Part shown: piece by piece, positions 46,966-55,773 of the stretch
How positions within the stretch are numbered: position 1 is the first letter of the stretch
How the letters are laid out: every line of letters starts with the position of its first letter
Virus record (IMG/VR): IMGVR_UViG_3300049893_001984
Coordinates: 32,001-96,000 of that record
Length of the DNA: 64,000 nt
Source: a virus
Reading direction: 5' to 3' (one strand)
Translations under genes and position numbers: made by a program
Notes under the pieces: model-generated
What the model was told of the DNA's origin: nothing
What the model saw: only the letters and a program-made list of their open reading frames with translations
The model's database searches: none

Positions 46966-47913
46966 TTATACGGTCGCTTGCCTTACTAGATACGTTAAGT
47001 CTATGCTGTCAATAGAGTTGTCGAGGCCAAACCCGGCAACCACTCCATTAAAGTATAGCTTATCGTTGTGCTGTATTGCTGTTAGCGCACGTGCACTAAC
47101 GTTACTATCGCCTGTGAAATAAAATTCGCCGGTCTTGTCTCCATCACTCACGGCCATTGGCACGCCATTAAGATAAACGTCAATAGTTGAACTAGCAATA
47201 GGGAACCCCGAAACAACAATTCCAGTGTCCTGTTCATTCAAGGCTGGTACCGTGTTTGGAATCAGATCCCTATCTCCGAGATAAGACACCGGCAAATCCC
47301 CCATAGATGCAACAGTTGGTAACACAACTCCAGCAGAGTTAACAAGATATAGGAACGTAAACTTGTCAACAGCCTGTAATTCGTAACCCGCCACACTTCC
47401 ATTCCAATAAAGCTCATCGCCAATCGTTATGTTGCTTAAGTTAACAGCAGTTAAACCACCGTCGTTACTGAAGTAACAGGCGTTGCTTGTCCTTTCAGCC
47501 TCATTTTTAGCCATGCGCTGAACTGCCCCGTTAAGAACTACAGAGATAAAACTGTCATATTTTGGTTGCTCCAAGATCGGAGTTGCGCAAGCCAAATCAC
47601 CGTCTGCTGTCGTAGTAAGGGCATTCATATCCACATTAAGGATAGAAAATTTTGCGTCGGTTGCAGTTACGTTAGCCGTACCAATCGGAACTAGCCCTAT
47701 GAAGTGTTCAACCTCGACCAAGAGAGCATCCAGGTCTGCTTGCAACTGGGCTATTAAGGCTGGGCGCTGAGAAAGTGCGATCGTACTCTCAAGCACACCA
47801 GGTACAAATATTTCTTCGTTTGTTGCTAAAAACTTTCCGTTTGGAAGGATATAATGCAACCGGCGAGGAGCCCCTAGATTTTTAATTCTAGTGCGGAGTA
47901 AACCTATAGCCAT
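46966..47913 (-). CDS. Fibre-associated protein with two copies of the shared C-terminal domain
   Basis: 315 aa; SD GAGG; paralog of 48016..48597. Confidence 0.65.
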   Translation of the reverse strand: MAIGLLRTRIKNLGAPRRLHYILPNGKFLATNEEIFVPGVLESTIALSQRPALIAQLQADLDALLVEVEHFIGLVPIGTANVTATDAKFSILNVDMNALTTTADGDLACATPILEQPKYDSFISVVLNGAVQRMAKNEAERTSNACYFSNDGGLTAVNLSNITIGDELYWNGSVAGYELQAVDKFTFLYLVNSAGVVLPTVASMGDLPVSYLGDRDLIPNTVPALNEQDTGIVVSGFPIASSTIDVYLNGVPMAVSDGDKTGEFYFTGDSNVSARALTAIQHNDKLYFNGVVAGFGLDNSIDSIDLTYLVRQATV

Positions 47914-48015
47914 ATGGCACCTCTTTCAGATACACACTAAAATAAACCGCTTGAGTGTTTGACATATAGTACTTACACTCTACACGAGTGGCGAATCAAA
48001 ACTGTGAGGTTTATT
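47914..48015. promoter_or_regulatory. Divergent intergenic control region
   Basis: AT-rich 102 bp between divergent starts; TTGACA at 47959 (+); ACTATA at 47965-47970 (-); inverted repeat GAGTGT (47953-58) / ACACTC (47975-80). Confidence 0.45.
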
Positions 48016-48597
48016 ATGGCCGGATCTTCAACCGTTATCACTAATATTTCTGGCGTAACCAGATACTTCGGGTGGTTTCCGCCTCACGGAAAGACCATTG
48101 AGAATGGTGCATCTCTGTCCACAAGAGGTGTTCTTGAAGCAGAATTGGCATCGCTTAAAACTGATGTTAAGTTGAAATCGTTTTTAAAAGACCTTCAAAA
48201 TGGGTTTATTGAGGTCAACTACAACCTTATCAACTCCGATGGGTCAGGTCAAGGCGGAACAGGTGTGCCAAGTGACGCTGTCGAGGTTATTCCGACCTCT
48301 GATAAAGACCTTGTACCGCTGACGACAGCAAACCTTAATTACGTATGGACTGGCCTTATAATTTCACAAACCCCTGCTGGTGACGGGTTTGTGGATGTAA
48401 AACTTAACGGAGTGTCTTACCCGTTGAGCGACGGTGACCGTTCAAAAGTGTTCTATTTTTCAAACGACAATGGGGCGACCGGCAGACCGATTCAAAACAT
48501 AACTGCCGGGGATAAGCTTTATGTGAATTGTATCATCTTGGGGTTTACGTTGGACCCCTTAGATAGGGTTGACTTCCTATACAACGTAACAGTCTAA
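48016..48597 (+). CDS. Fibre-associated protein, one copy of the shared domain
   Basis: The track starts at TTG 47959; ATG 48016 after GAGG is preferred (193 aa). Confidence 0.7.
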   Translation: MAGSSTVITNISGVTRYFGWFPPHGKTIENGASLSTRGVLEAELASLKTDVKLKSFLKDLQNGFIEVNYNLINSDGSGQGGTGVPSDAVEVIPTSDKDLVPLTTANLNYVWTGLIISQTPAGDGFVDVKLNGVSYPLSDGDRSKVFYFSNDNGATGRPIQNITAGDKLYVNCIILGFTLDPLDRVDFLYNVTV

Positions 48598-48612
48598 TAA
48601 AAGGAGCCGCCT

Positions 48613-50229
48613 ATGGCCTCACTAATTCGTGGTAAACAGATATCGACCGGTTCAAACGGCATTAAGGCCGTTAATGTTGATACGTCGGAAATTCCTACAC
48701 TCGCAGCGAACAACACGTTCACTGGGACAAACATCTTTAACACAGCAGCTGTCACGGTTAGCGGAACCGCTACATTGACAGTTCCAACGCCTACGTCTGG
48801 TGGGCACGCTGTCAACAAAACGTATCTGGATCAGCGCCTCAATGGGTTGGACTGGAAAGAGTCGGTGCGCGTTGCAACGACCGCTAATGTTGACCTCTCT
48901 AGCATGCCAGCGATCGTTGACGGCGTAACACTGGCTAGCGGCAACAGATTCCTGGCCAAAGACCAGACGACTGCCTCTGAAAATGGTATCTATATTTTCA
49001 ATGGCAACGGATCGGCGGCTACCCGTGCTACAGATGCGGACGAGAACGCAGAGGTAACTGCCAACCTTGCTGTTATGGCATCGGAAGGTACGGCTAACGG
49101 CGATATCGGGTTTACGCTGACGACAAATGATCCAATTGTGGTCGGCACTACTGCGCTTACGTTTGTGCAGTTTAGCTCCATGGCTAACGTCACGGCTGGC
49201 GACGGTTTGTCTCGTACAGGCAACGAGCTGGACGTGGTGACTGACGACGCCACGTTGACAATTAACGGTGGTGTTACGTCCGGTGGTGCGGTGAAGATTA
49301 AGGACCTTGGTGTTGGCACTACACAGCTGGCTGCGAACGCTGTGACTACGGCCAAAATCCTGGACTCTAATGTCACCTCTGCCAAACTTGCCACGGATGC
49401 AGTCATAACGATTAAGATCGCTGACAATAACGTAACTACGGCAAAAATTGCCGATGCGAATGTCACGGATGTTAAGCTGGCTACCGACTCTGTGACTACG
49501 GCAAAAATTGCCGCCCTTAACGTGACGGCAGCTAAACTGGCCGTAGATTCAGTCACTACGACCAAGATCGCAGACCTCAACGTAACCACGGCCAAGATCA
49601 ATGATGATGCAGTTACAACGGTCAAGATTCTTGACTCGAATGTGACGGCAAACAAGCTTGCCGCTGACTCAGTTACGACGGCCAAGATTCTTGATTCAAA
49701 TGTAACTGCAAACAAACTGGCCACTGACTCTGTAACTACTGCGAAGATTGTTGATCTAAACGTCACTACGTTAAAGATCAATGATGCGGCAGTTACGCCA
49801 GCTAAGCTGGCCACTTCTGTTGCGGGTAACGGGCTTACTGGCGGAGGTGGCTCTGCGCTCTCAGTCGTTGCAAACGGAGACTCTATCAGCGTTTCCGGGT
49901 CTGGTGTTAAGGCCGCTGTGTTTAACACTGGTAACAGAAACATGACTGCCTCTGTTACAACGGCGGATAACCAGGTGGCTTGCGCTACGACGCTGGCGGT
50001 CACGCCTGCGGGTGACGGTGGTATCAATGTGTACGTTAACGGACTTCTGTATGAAGTTGGTAACGGAGTTAAGACCAAAGACTGTTACTTCTCTGACGAT
50101 GGTGGTACAAACGCGAAGTCATATGCACTCGCTGCTTCCGGTGATACACTGTACTGGGTTGGGTCAGTTGCTGGTTTCCAATTGGATGCAACAGACCGCA
50201 TTACCTTCGAACACGCTGCCATTGTCTAA
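48613..50229 (+). CDS. Fibre protein with 17 x 10-aa VTxxK repeats
   Basis: 538 aa; SD AAGGAG; IRGKQI N-terminus; LDWKESVRVAT; shared C-terminal domain. Confidence 0.75.
   Translation: MASLIRGKQISTGSNGIKAVNVDTSEIPTLAANNTFTGTNIFNTAAVTVSGTATLTVPTPTSGGHAVNKTYLDQRLNGLDWKESVRVATTANVDLSSMPAIVDGVTLASGNRFLAKDQTTASENGIYIFNGNGSAATRATDADENAEVTANLAVMASEGTANGDIGFTLTTNDPIVVGTTALTFVQFSSMANVTAGDGLSRTGNELDVVTDDATLTINGGVTSGGAVKIKDLGVGTTQLAANAVTTAKILDSNVTSAKLATDAVITIKIADNNVTTAKIADANVTDVKLATDSVTTAKIAALNVTAAKLAVDSVTTTKIADLNVTTAKINDDAVTTVKILDSNVTANKLAADSVTTAKILDSNVTANKLATDSVTTAKIVDLNVTTLKINDAAVTPAKLATSVAGNGLTGGGGSALSVVANGDSISVSGSGVKAAVFNTGNRNMTASVTTADNQVACATTLAVTPAGDGGINVYVNGLLYEVGNGVKTKDCYFSDDGGTNAKSYALAASGDTLYWVGSVAGFQLDATDRITFEHAAIV
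49312..49821 (+). repeat. 30-nt period degenerate coding repeat (17 units, VTTAKIxDxN-type)
   Basis: VGTTQLAANA / VTTAKILDSN / VTSAKLATDA ... VTPAKLATSV, counted from the translation. Confidence 0.9.
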
Positions 50230-50240
50230 AGGAGTTAACC

Positions 50241-50657
50241 GTGGCCCAGAAGATGAGGAGCAAACAAGCGGTTCGGTCGGAATTTTCGACCGACCCGCTT
50301 ACGGCGTCATCCGACTCAAGTGAGGGTATCGCTAGTACCACTTATGTAGCCAAGACTACGCCGTGCACCCTCACCCTACCTGCTGTAACTGGCACATACG
50401 TGGTTACGCTACACACAGAGTTTTCGAACTCTTCAGCTAATCGTGATGTAGCAGCTGCTATTTACGATATAGGAGCCAGCACTGCTCTAGCTGAGGGTCA
50501 AGCTAGGCCAACAAGCGTAGGTTCACTTTACACCGTTAACGCTATTGCCTTTGTAGCGTTAACAGGAACCTCTAAGTCAATAGGCGTGTACCTTAAAACA
50601 GCGAATGGAACTTTGACCGCTAAAAATGCAAGGCTATGCGCCTGGAGGATTTCATAA
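50241..50657 (+). CDS. Small beta-sandwich virion protein
   Basis: 138 aa; GTG start with SD GGAG. Confidence 0.6.
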   Translation: MAQKMRSKQAVRSEFSTDPLTASSDSSEGIASTTYVAKTTPCTLTLPAVTGTYVVTLHTEFSNSSANRDVAAAIYDIGASTALAEGQARPTSVGSLYTVNAIAFVALTGTSKSIGVYLKTANGTLTAKNARLCAWRIS

Positions 50658-51799
50658 TGCCCGACGTTGATTACGTTTACAGTATTCAAAACGATGTTGC
50701 TGGCGGTATTGTAAACCTTGAAAAACTGAAAACAGAGATTCAAGAGTCTGCTATATCAATAGCCTTGCATTATCTAGGTACAAGCGGAGATGATCTCCAT
50801 ATCTACTTTAGAGATGAGTTGACTGCTGGTGACTTGCTTATTCTCGACGGTGGAACTACTAATCCAGCAGGAGGCCTATTAGCCGCGCATGACGGGACGC
50901 CAACAGCTGAATCACAGGTAACAGGTGTGCGTCTTGTTGATCCAGACGGTATCCCTCAGCCAGCTATATTTAGTTCTGACGGTAACCTCAAGGTTGTTAG
51001 TGCGTCGCCGATATCCACTAGGCATAACGCGTTCACATTTAACTTCTGCGACAAGACTACGTGGTACGAAGGTTCTATACAGGTCACGAATGCAACCCTT
51101 ACCAATTCTGGCAACGACCGGTTGTTCACATCCGCTCACGACAACTGGATTGATATGACACACGGTAAGGTGACGTTTGAGGACGATATTGTTGCTAAGA
51201 ACTCAAACAAGTGGCTGGTGGAAGTTAAGGTCGACGGTGTTACCAAGACGCAGTCAACTTTTGGCAATGGTAACGATGGAGATTATCAGGTTAACTTTGC
51301 AGACGGATCGATCACGTTTAACGCTGATGTAACTGGCACAGTCACCGCCTCTTATTGGTATGCTGACACTGGTGTTTTCACGTATAAGCCAACCGCTGGT
51401 AACGTTGCCATTATTGAGACCGTTGAAGTTCAGTTCTCAAAAAATATAGACCTCAACCAGGCCATGGTGTTCCAGATCTATGGTTATGCTGGTGTGTTTG
51501 CTCCCGGTCTTGGTCTTCCTTCGACAACGCTTATCCCTATTCTTACAAACAAGTACAAGCGTGCAGACGATTATATCAATGAGTCAAACGGCTCATTCGA
51601 CCCTATACCAGCTTTTGGTGGTACAACTCGGGGGTTCACCTCGGATAGGATTATTCTGCGCTGGGATTATAAAATGGTTAGTCGTATCGACCTTCGGTCT
51701 GACTACGGGATGGAAATCAGAATGTATCCTGAACTGCACACGCCTTTTGGCGGTGAGTCTGCGACACTGGCTATCTATGGAACAATGGAAGCGCTGTAA
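50657..51799 (+). CDS. Hypothetical beta-rich virion protein
   Basis: ATG 50657 (TAATG overlap, SD GGAGG) is preferred over the track start 50636; 380 aa. Confidence 0.65.
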   Translation: MPDVDYVYSIQNDVAGGIVNLEKLKTEIQESAISIALHYLGTSGDDLHIYFRDELTAGDLLILDGGTTNPAGGLLAAHDGTPTAESQVTGVRLVDPDGIPQPAIFSSDGNLKVVSASPISTRHNAFTFNFCDKTTWYEGSIQVTNATLTNSGNDRLFTSAHDNWIDMTHGKVTFEDDIVAKNSNKWLVEVKVDGVTKTQSTFGNGNDGDYQVNFADGSITFNADVTGTVTASYWYADTGVFTYKPTAGNVAIIETVEVQFSKNIDLNQAMVFQIYGYAGVFAPGLGLPSTTLIPILTNKYKRADDYINESNGSFDPIPAFGGTTRGFTSDRIILRWDYKMVSRIDLRSDYGMEIRMYPELHTPFGGESATLAIYGTMEAL

Positions 51800-51817
51800 C
51801 TCATAACTGTAACTGTA

Positions 51818-52429
51818 TTAAAAACATGACCCCTCGAGAAGCCAGTGATCGAGGGGTTTTTTATTTAGTTTGATACGGCGAGCCGTCCACCCAGGTTTCA
51901 ACCCGAGCGCTGAAACGAAGAATTCGGGCTTCCTAGGCTTAACATGGGGAGCCCGGTCTACGGCGTTATCAATAATGATAACCTTGGCCTTAGGCAGAAG
52001 GACCCGCTTAAGCTCACGTAGAACAGAGGTAAGAACTGAATCATCGATCATGTGCTGAAACACTAGGCTTGAGAACAAAAAGTCTATGTGCGGGTTATTA
52101 AACGGCAATGAAAACGGCCGCGTGGCATGAATAGGGGTCACAGCGGGTGATAAGCTTGCAGCCTTCTTCAACGCCCCTTCTACGAGGTCAACCGCCCATA
52201 TGTGCTTAGACCTCTTACAGAGGAACGGTATGAACCTCCCGATCCCACATCCAAAATCCATCGTGTTTGAATAGATAGTTTTCGGATCAAACATTGGTGC
52301 TAAATAGTTCTCTATGGTTTTCTTTTGCTCTAGGTGGTCCAGGTCAATGTGGCCCACGTACGCTTCCCCTTGATCAGAGAAGCGCTTATTCCAATAGTCC
52401 TGTTGTTCGTCCAGGGTGTTTAGAGCCAT
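51818..52429 (-). CDS. Class I SAM-dependent methyltransferase
   Basis: Motif I MDFGCGIGRF, AVDLVE, FSSLVFQH, LKRVLLP..KVIIID; probable start ATG 52429 (MALNT). Confidence 0.85.
   Translation of the reverse strand: MALNTLDEQQDYWNKRFSDQGEAYVGHIDLDHLEQKKTIENYLAPMFDPKTIYSNTMDFGCGIGRFIPFLCKRSKHIWAVDLVEGALKKAASLSPAVTPIHATRPFSLPFNNPHIDFLFSSLVFQHMIDDSVLTSVLRELKRVLLPKAKVIIIDNAVDRAPHVKPRKPEFFVSALGLKPGWTARRIKLNKKPLDHWLLEGSCF
51829..51866 (+). terminator. Rho-independent terminator closing the plus-strand island
   Basis: ACCCCTCGA / TCGAGGGGT stem followed by TTTTTTATTT. Confidence 0.8.
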
Positions 52430-53220
52430 TTGTGCGCACATTCCCGTATGGCAACCGTAACAGCTGACGGTTCTGGGTTCCAACCTGACTCGAGGACAAC
52501 ACAGGGGGTCTTAAGCGGGTTCCAGACTTTCTCGTACCTGGCTTTGTTGGTGCTCTTTATGGCGCTATTAACAGCGGCGTCTGACCAGACCAAATGGTTT
52601 GCCCCGCAAAGGCTTGCAAGATGCATAGGGCCACTTGAGGGCCCAACAACCATGCCACACGCGGCCATCATATCCATCAAGCGTGAAAGCGGTATGTTTC
52701 GACGATCCTCGGCCCACTTTGGGCAATAGGCTTTCGTTCCTATAGCTCCAATCCGATACTTCTTATGGATGGGAGCCAGCACTTCATCCCACTTCTCGAC
52801 TGGGTAGGAGTGGTCTTTGTGTTTACCGATAGGCTCTCTGGCGTGAATGAGGATGTCAAACCTATCCTCTTCCGTGCAGTGAGTTGAGTCGCCAAACTGG
52901 ATGAAGTTCTGCCGGTTGATCGTGATTGACGACGTGGGACGAACAATATGCCCGTCCACGCTAGCCAGCTCTTCTTTCAACGCCGTCAACGACTCCTTGT
53001 CTTCCTGGGTCGCTGGCGTAAACAAACAACAGTCTGACAGTCCTACTAGGGAGTGACCTATAAACTCCGTACAGAAGTCTTCATATAGGACTTCGTGCTC
53101 TTGCGGAGCGCAGACAACTATCTTGTCGTAATTTTGGGATAAGGCCCGTAGGTAGCCTTGCCACGACATGAGCTCCCAACCAAACTCACCAACCCACGGT
53201 CCTGCAACCAAAGTCTGCAC
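52420..53220 (-). CDS. GT-B glycosyltransferase, GT9/heptosyltransferase-like
   Basis: 266 aa; GEFGWELM N-terminus; MMAACGMVVGPSSGPMHLASLCG matches the GT9 (WaaC/WaaF) D/S-S-G-x-x-H-L-A signature. Confidence 0.7.
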   Translation of the reverse strand: MQTLVAGPWVGEFGWELMSWQGYLRALSQNYDKIVVCAPQEHEVLYEDFCTEFIGHSLVGLSDCCLFTPATQEDKESLTALKEELASVDGHIVRPTSSITINRQNFIQFGDSTHCTEEDRFDILIHAREPIGKHKDHSYPVEKWDEVLAPIHKKYRIGAIGTKAYCPKWAEDRRNIPLSRLMDMMAACGMVVGPSSGPMHLASLCGANHLVWSDAAVNSAIKSTNKARYEKVWNPLKTPCVVLESGWNPEPSAVTVAIRECAHKWL

Positions 53221-53231
53221 TTTTTGTCCCC

Positions 53232-53603
53232 TTATGGTTTTAACTTATCGTTCTGCTGCTGCCTAACCCACTCTGCGATCAGACGAACGTCTGACTTAAT
53301 CTGATTAAGGTCGTCGCCCAGGCGACGCTGTTCTGTCTTAAGCATTGTTATATCTTTATCATGTAAATCCACACTCCATTTTATGGCTCGTGTAGGCTCA
53401 CATCCGGTTTTGTCCAGGGAGTGAACGTGCGTCCTAAGCTCTTCTAGGTTTAATTGCATCGTTCTAATCGTCTGTTGCATATTACCATCTCGGTAGAAAT
53501 AACCTGCTACCAGAGAGGCTATGACGAAAAGCACACTCGCAACGGAAAACCACTGTTTTGACCATACGCTTTCTTCGTCTTTGTCTTGTCTTATGCTAGG
53601 CAT
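53232..53603 (-). CDS. Single-TM coiled-coil protein (holin/XhlA-like or spanin-like, unresolved)
   Basis: Probable start ATG 53603 after GGGAGG; TM WFSVASVLFVIASLVAGYFY followed by a heptad region. Confidence 0.55.
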   Translation of the reverse strand: MPSIRQDKDEESVWSKQWFSVASVLFVIASLVAGYFYRDGNMQQTIRTMQLNLEELRTHVHSLDKTGCEPTRAIKWSVDLHDKDITMLKTEQRRLGDDLNQIKSDVRLIAEWVRQQQNDKLKP

Positions 53604-53620
53604 GTTAACCTCCCATACAA

Positions 53621-53641
53621 GCGCACACAATGTATGTGCGC
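53621..53641 (-). other. 9-bp hairpin just upstream of the SD
   Basis: Minus strand GCGCACATA-CAT-TGTGTGCGC. Confidence 0.5.
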
Positions 53642-53664
53642 CGCCTCCATATATAGTTTATAGC

Positions 53665-55554
53665 TTATCCGCCACCTAACTGTTGCTGTAACATCTGCTG
53701 CCCGCCCTGTGATTGGGCTTGCTGCTTAATCGTCTTCATCTTCGATATTATAAGCGCATGTAGTGTCTCATTGCTCTTTTTAATCTGAAGAAGTTGACTC
53801 TTTCTTTGTTCGTAAGGCATACCTAGCATTTGGTAAGCTATTTGCTCTGCCTGTGCCATCATATCATCCGGCGTAATACCAGAACCGCCAGGTCCGCCTC
53901 CAGTTGGCATACCACCACCCATTGGCATCCCTCCACCAGGAGGCATTCCACCACCACCGGGTGGCATTCCACCGCCCTGACTAGGATCCATAGGAGGCAT
54001 GGCAGGTCCACCTGGTGTCCCAGGTTGAGCCATACCAGCCGAGCCCTGCGCCATGGTCTGCTGAAGCTCCTGACGCTGGGCAGCGCGTTCCTGGTACTTG
54101 GCCTGGGCCTCTTCCATAAACTCCTGCTCGTCGAACTTCTTCTTGGTTTCTTCTCGGAAGTTGATACCAAGGGGACGAAGAGAGGTGTCGTTGGAAATCT
54201 GACCGGACGCCGCAAGCTGAAGCTGTGTCTGCTTCTTCTCGAGATCGTCAGACAGGGTAACAGGCAAAAGTCTGCCTTTGAGGTTTTCCCAGTTCTGGAG
54301 CTCGCTGGTGCGCTTGAACATCCAATTAAGGAAGCCATTCATACCGTTAACAAGGTGCACCCAGGTTCTTTCAAACAAGCGCAAAGCCACCGGGGCAGCC
54401 TGTATCTGAAGGCTGCCTTTGTAGAGCTCAGCGGGGACACCTTGGCTGTTCAGGAACTCGTCGGTTGCCTTATCTATGAGGTCTGTAGGCGCCAAGTTCT
54501 TGGCATCAGCCCCCAACATCTTAAGGTCGATCGAGAACGGAAGGGCGTGTATGGTAGTAGGGTCTCTCCTGTGTTGCCTGAACATATTCATTACGCGGCT
54601 GTAGAAGTTGCCCACGTTCATATGCAACAACGGATCGGCCTCTCTGGAGGTTCCAGGGGTCGGTGTAATTACTCGGAAGGGTATGATGTAGTCCAAGGCT
54701 ATAGCTTCGTTGTACCGCTTCAAAACCTGTATGTACCACGCCTGCTTGAAGTTAGCCATAATCAACGGCAAACCCCAACCATGCATGCGCACACCAGCCA
54801 AGGTCTCATCCTTAACGTGATAGATGAAATCGTTGTTGAACCGGAAAAGCTTGTCGTGCTTGATTGCCTCGATGATTTCCCAGCTGGTTTCTTCTAGGTA
54901 GAAGGGGTTCCCCTTCTTGATCTCGTTTTTAAACAGGGCATTAATTTCCCACAGGTAAATCTTCTTACCAGAGACAGGGTGGTACATAATGCGTATTTCA
55001 TGCGGGGACCAATGGACAACCTTGATCTGGTCCTGGCCTAGGGAGCGTCTGTCTACACGAGTAAAATGACCTTTGTAGCTGCAGCTTTCGCAGGTTCCAA
55101 GAAACTGGTAGTTTTCCCACTGCCAGTTTATGGCATTCAAAGGACGTTCAAGGTGACACTTAGGGCACCGTAGATAACGACGAAACGGTACGTGCAGAGA
55201 AACAAAAGAGTTACCATAGGCCATATAATTGTCGCCTACGGTGGCCAGAACTTCCATGATCTTGATCTGGTTATTCAGGAACTCTTCGTACTTCTCCTTC
55301 TCGTCATCTGAGGCATCGGTCAGTTCTACTTCCGTTAGAAAGTATCTAACGACACGCTGCGCAGCCATACGATATGTGCCGTACGTCAGCCAAACGTATT
55401 CGGCCCAACGGAACACGTCGTAGATGCTCCTAGGCATCTGTGTTGACGCGTAGTCCAGGTAAGGATCCGGAAAGGCACCGGAGAACCTGTTATTGGACGC
55501 TGACCCCGTAGGTATAACTGGAAAGGCTGGGATTGTGGACTGTCCATCTGCCAT
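53665..55554 (-). CDS. Portal protein with Zn-ribbon insertion and Gly/Pro/Met-rich C-terminal region
   Basis: 629 aa; helical N-part, YMAYGNSFVSL, KVVHWSPHEI, GWGLPLIMANF, IIPFRVI, then helical crown/coiled coil; CPKC...CESC insert. Confidence 0.75.
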   Translation of the reverse strand: MADGQSTIPAFPVIPTGSASNNRFSGAFPDPYLDYASTQMPRSIYDVFRWAEYVWLTYGTYRMAAQRVVRYFLTEVELTDASDDEKEKYEEFLNNQIKIMEVLATVGDNYMAYGNSFVSLHVPFRRYLRCPKCHLERPLNAINWQWENYQFLGTCESCSYKGHFTRVDRRSLGQDQIKVVHWSPHEIRIMYHPVSGKKIYLWEINALFKNEIKKGNPFYLEETSWEIIEAIKHDKLFRFNNDFIYHVKDETLAGVRMHGWGLPLIMANFKQAWYIQVLKRYNEAIALDYIIPFRVITPTPGTSREADPLLHMNVGNFYSRVMNMFRQHRRDPTTIHALPFSIDLKMLGADAKNLAPTDLIDKATDEFLNSQGVPAELYKGSLQIQAAPVALRLFERTWVHLVNGMNGFLNWMFKRTSELQNWENLKGRLLPVTLSDDLEKKQTQLQLAASGQISNDTSLRPLGINFREETKKKFDEQEFMEEAQAKYQERAAQRQELQQTMAQGSAGMAQPGTPGGPAMPPMDPSQGGGMPPGGGGMPPGGGMPMGGGMPTGGGPGGSGITPDDMMAQAEQIAYQMLGMPYEQRKSQLLQIKKSNETLHALIISKMKTIKQQAQSQGGQQMLQQQLGGG

Positions 55555-55557
55555 TTG

Positions 55558-55773
55558 TTACTCCTTGTGGTCGTGAAGTCCGACCAGGGAATCGGCTATA
55601 TCTTTGAGCGGGGGAGTTTCCTCAGATGCACTTTTTGTATTGGCACTAGAGGCACAACCGGCGCAAACAGGAACATGCCCGATAAAAGCGGCAGCTTTTG
55701 AGGAGCAGCGGCTACACGTTGACCGTTTCTCTTCGGCTACATTTCGTTTTTCCATTTTAACCTCGCTCATCAA
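55558..55773 (-). CDS. Small Zn-finger protein
   Basis: 71 aa; CSRC...CAGC; KSAS motif. Confidence 0.6.
   Translation of the reverse strand: MMSEVKMEKRNVAEEKRSTCSRCSSKAAAFIGHVPVCAGCASSANTKSASEETPPLKDIADSLVGLHDHKE

Noticed and set aside
48990-50078. 362-aa minus-strand repetitive ORF
   Set aside because: Antisense shadow of the 10-aa repeat region of the plus-strand fibre gene.
10877-51848. Shared GCCAGTGA in the loops of two terminators
   Set aside because: The two hairpins act on opposite strands, so the RNA loops differ; two occurrences are compatible with chance.
47914-51870. Site-specific invertible segment for the plus-strand island
   Set aside because: No convincing inverted repeats at the island ends (only weak AT-rich similarity) and no recombinase in the window.
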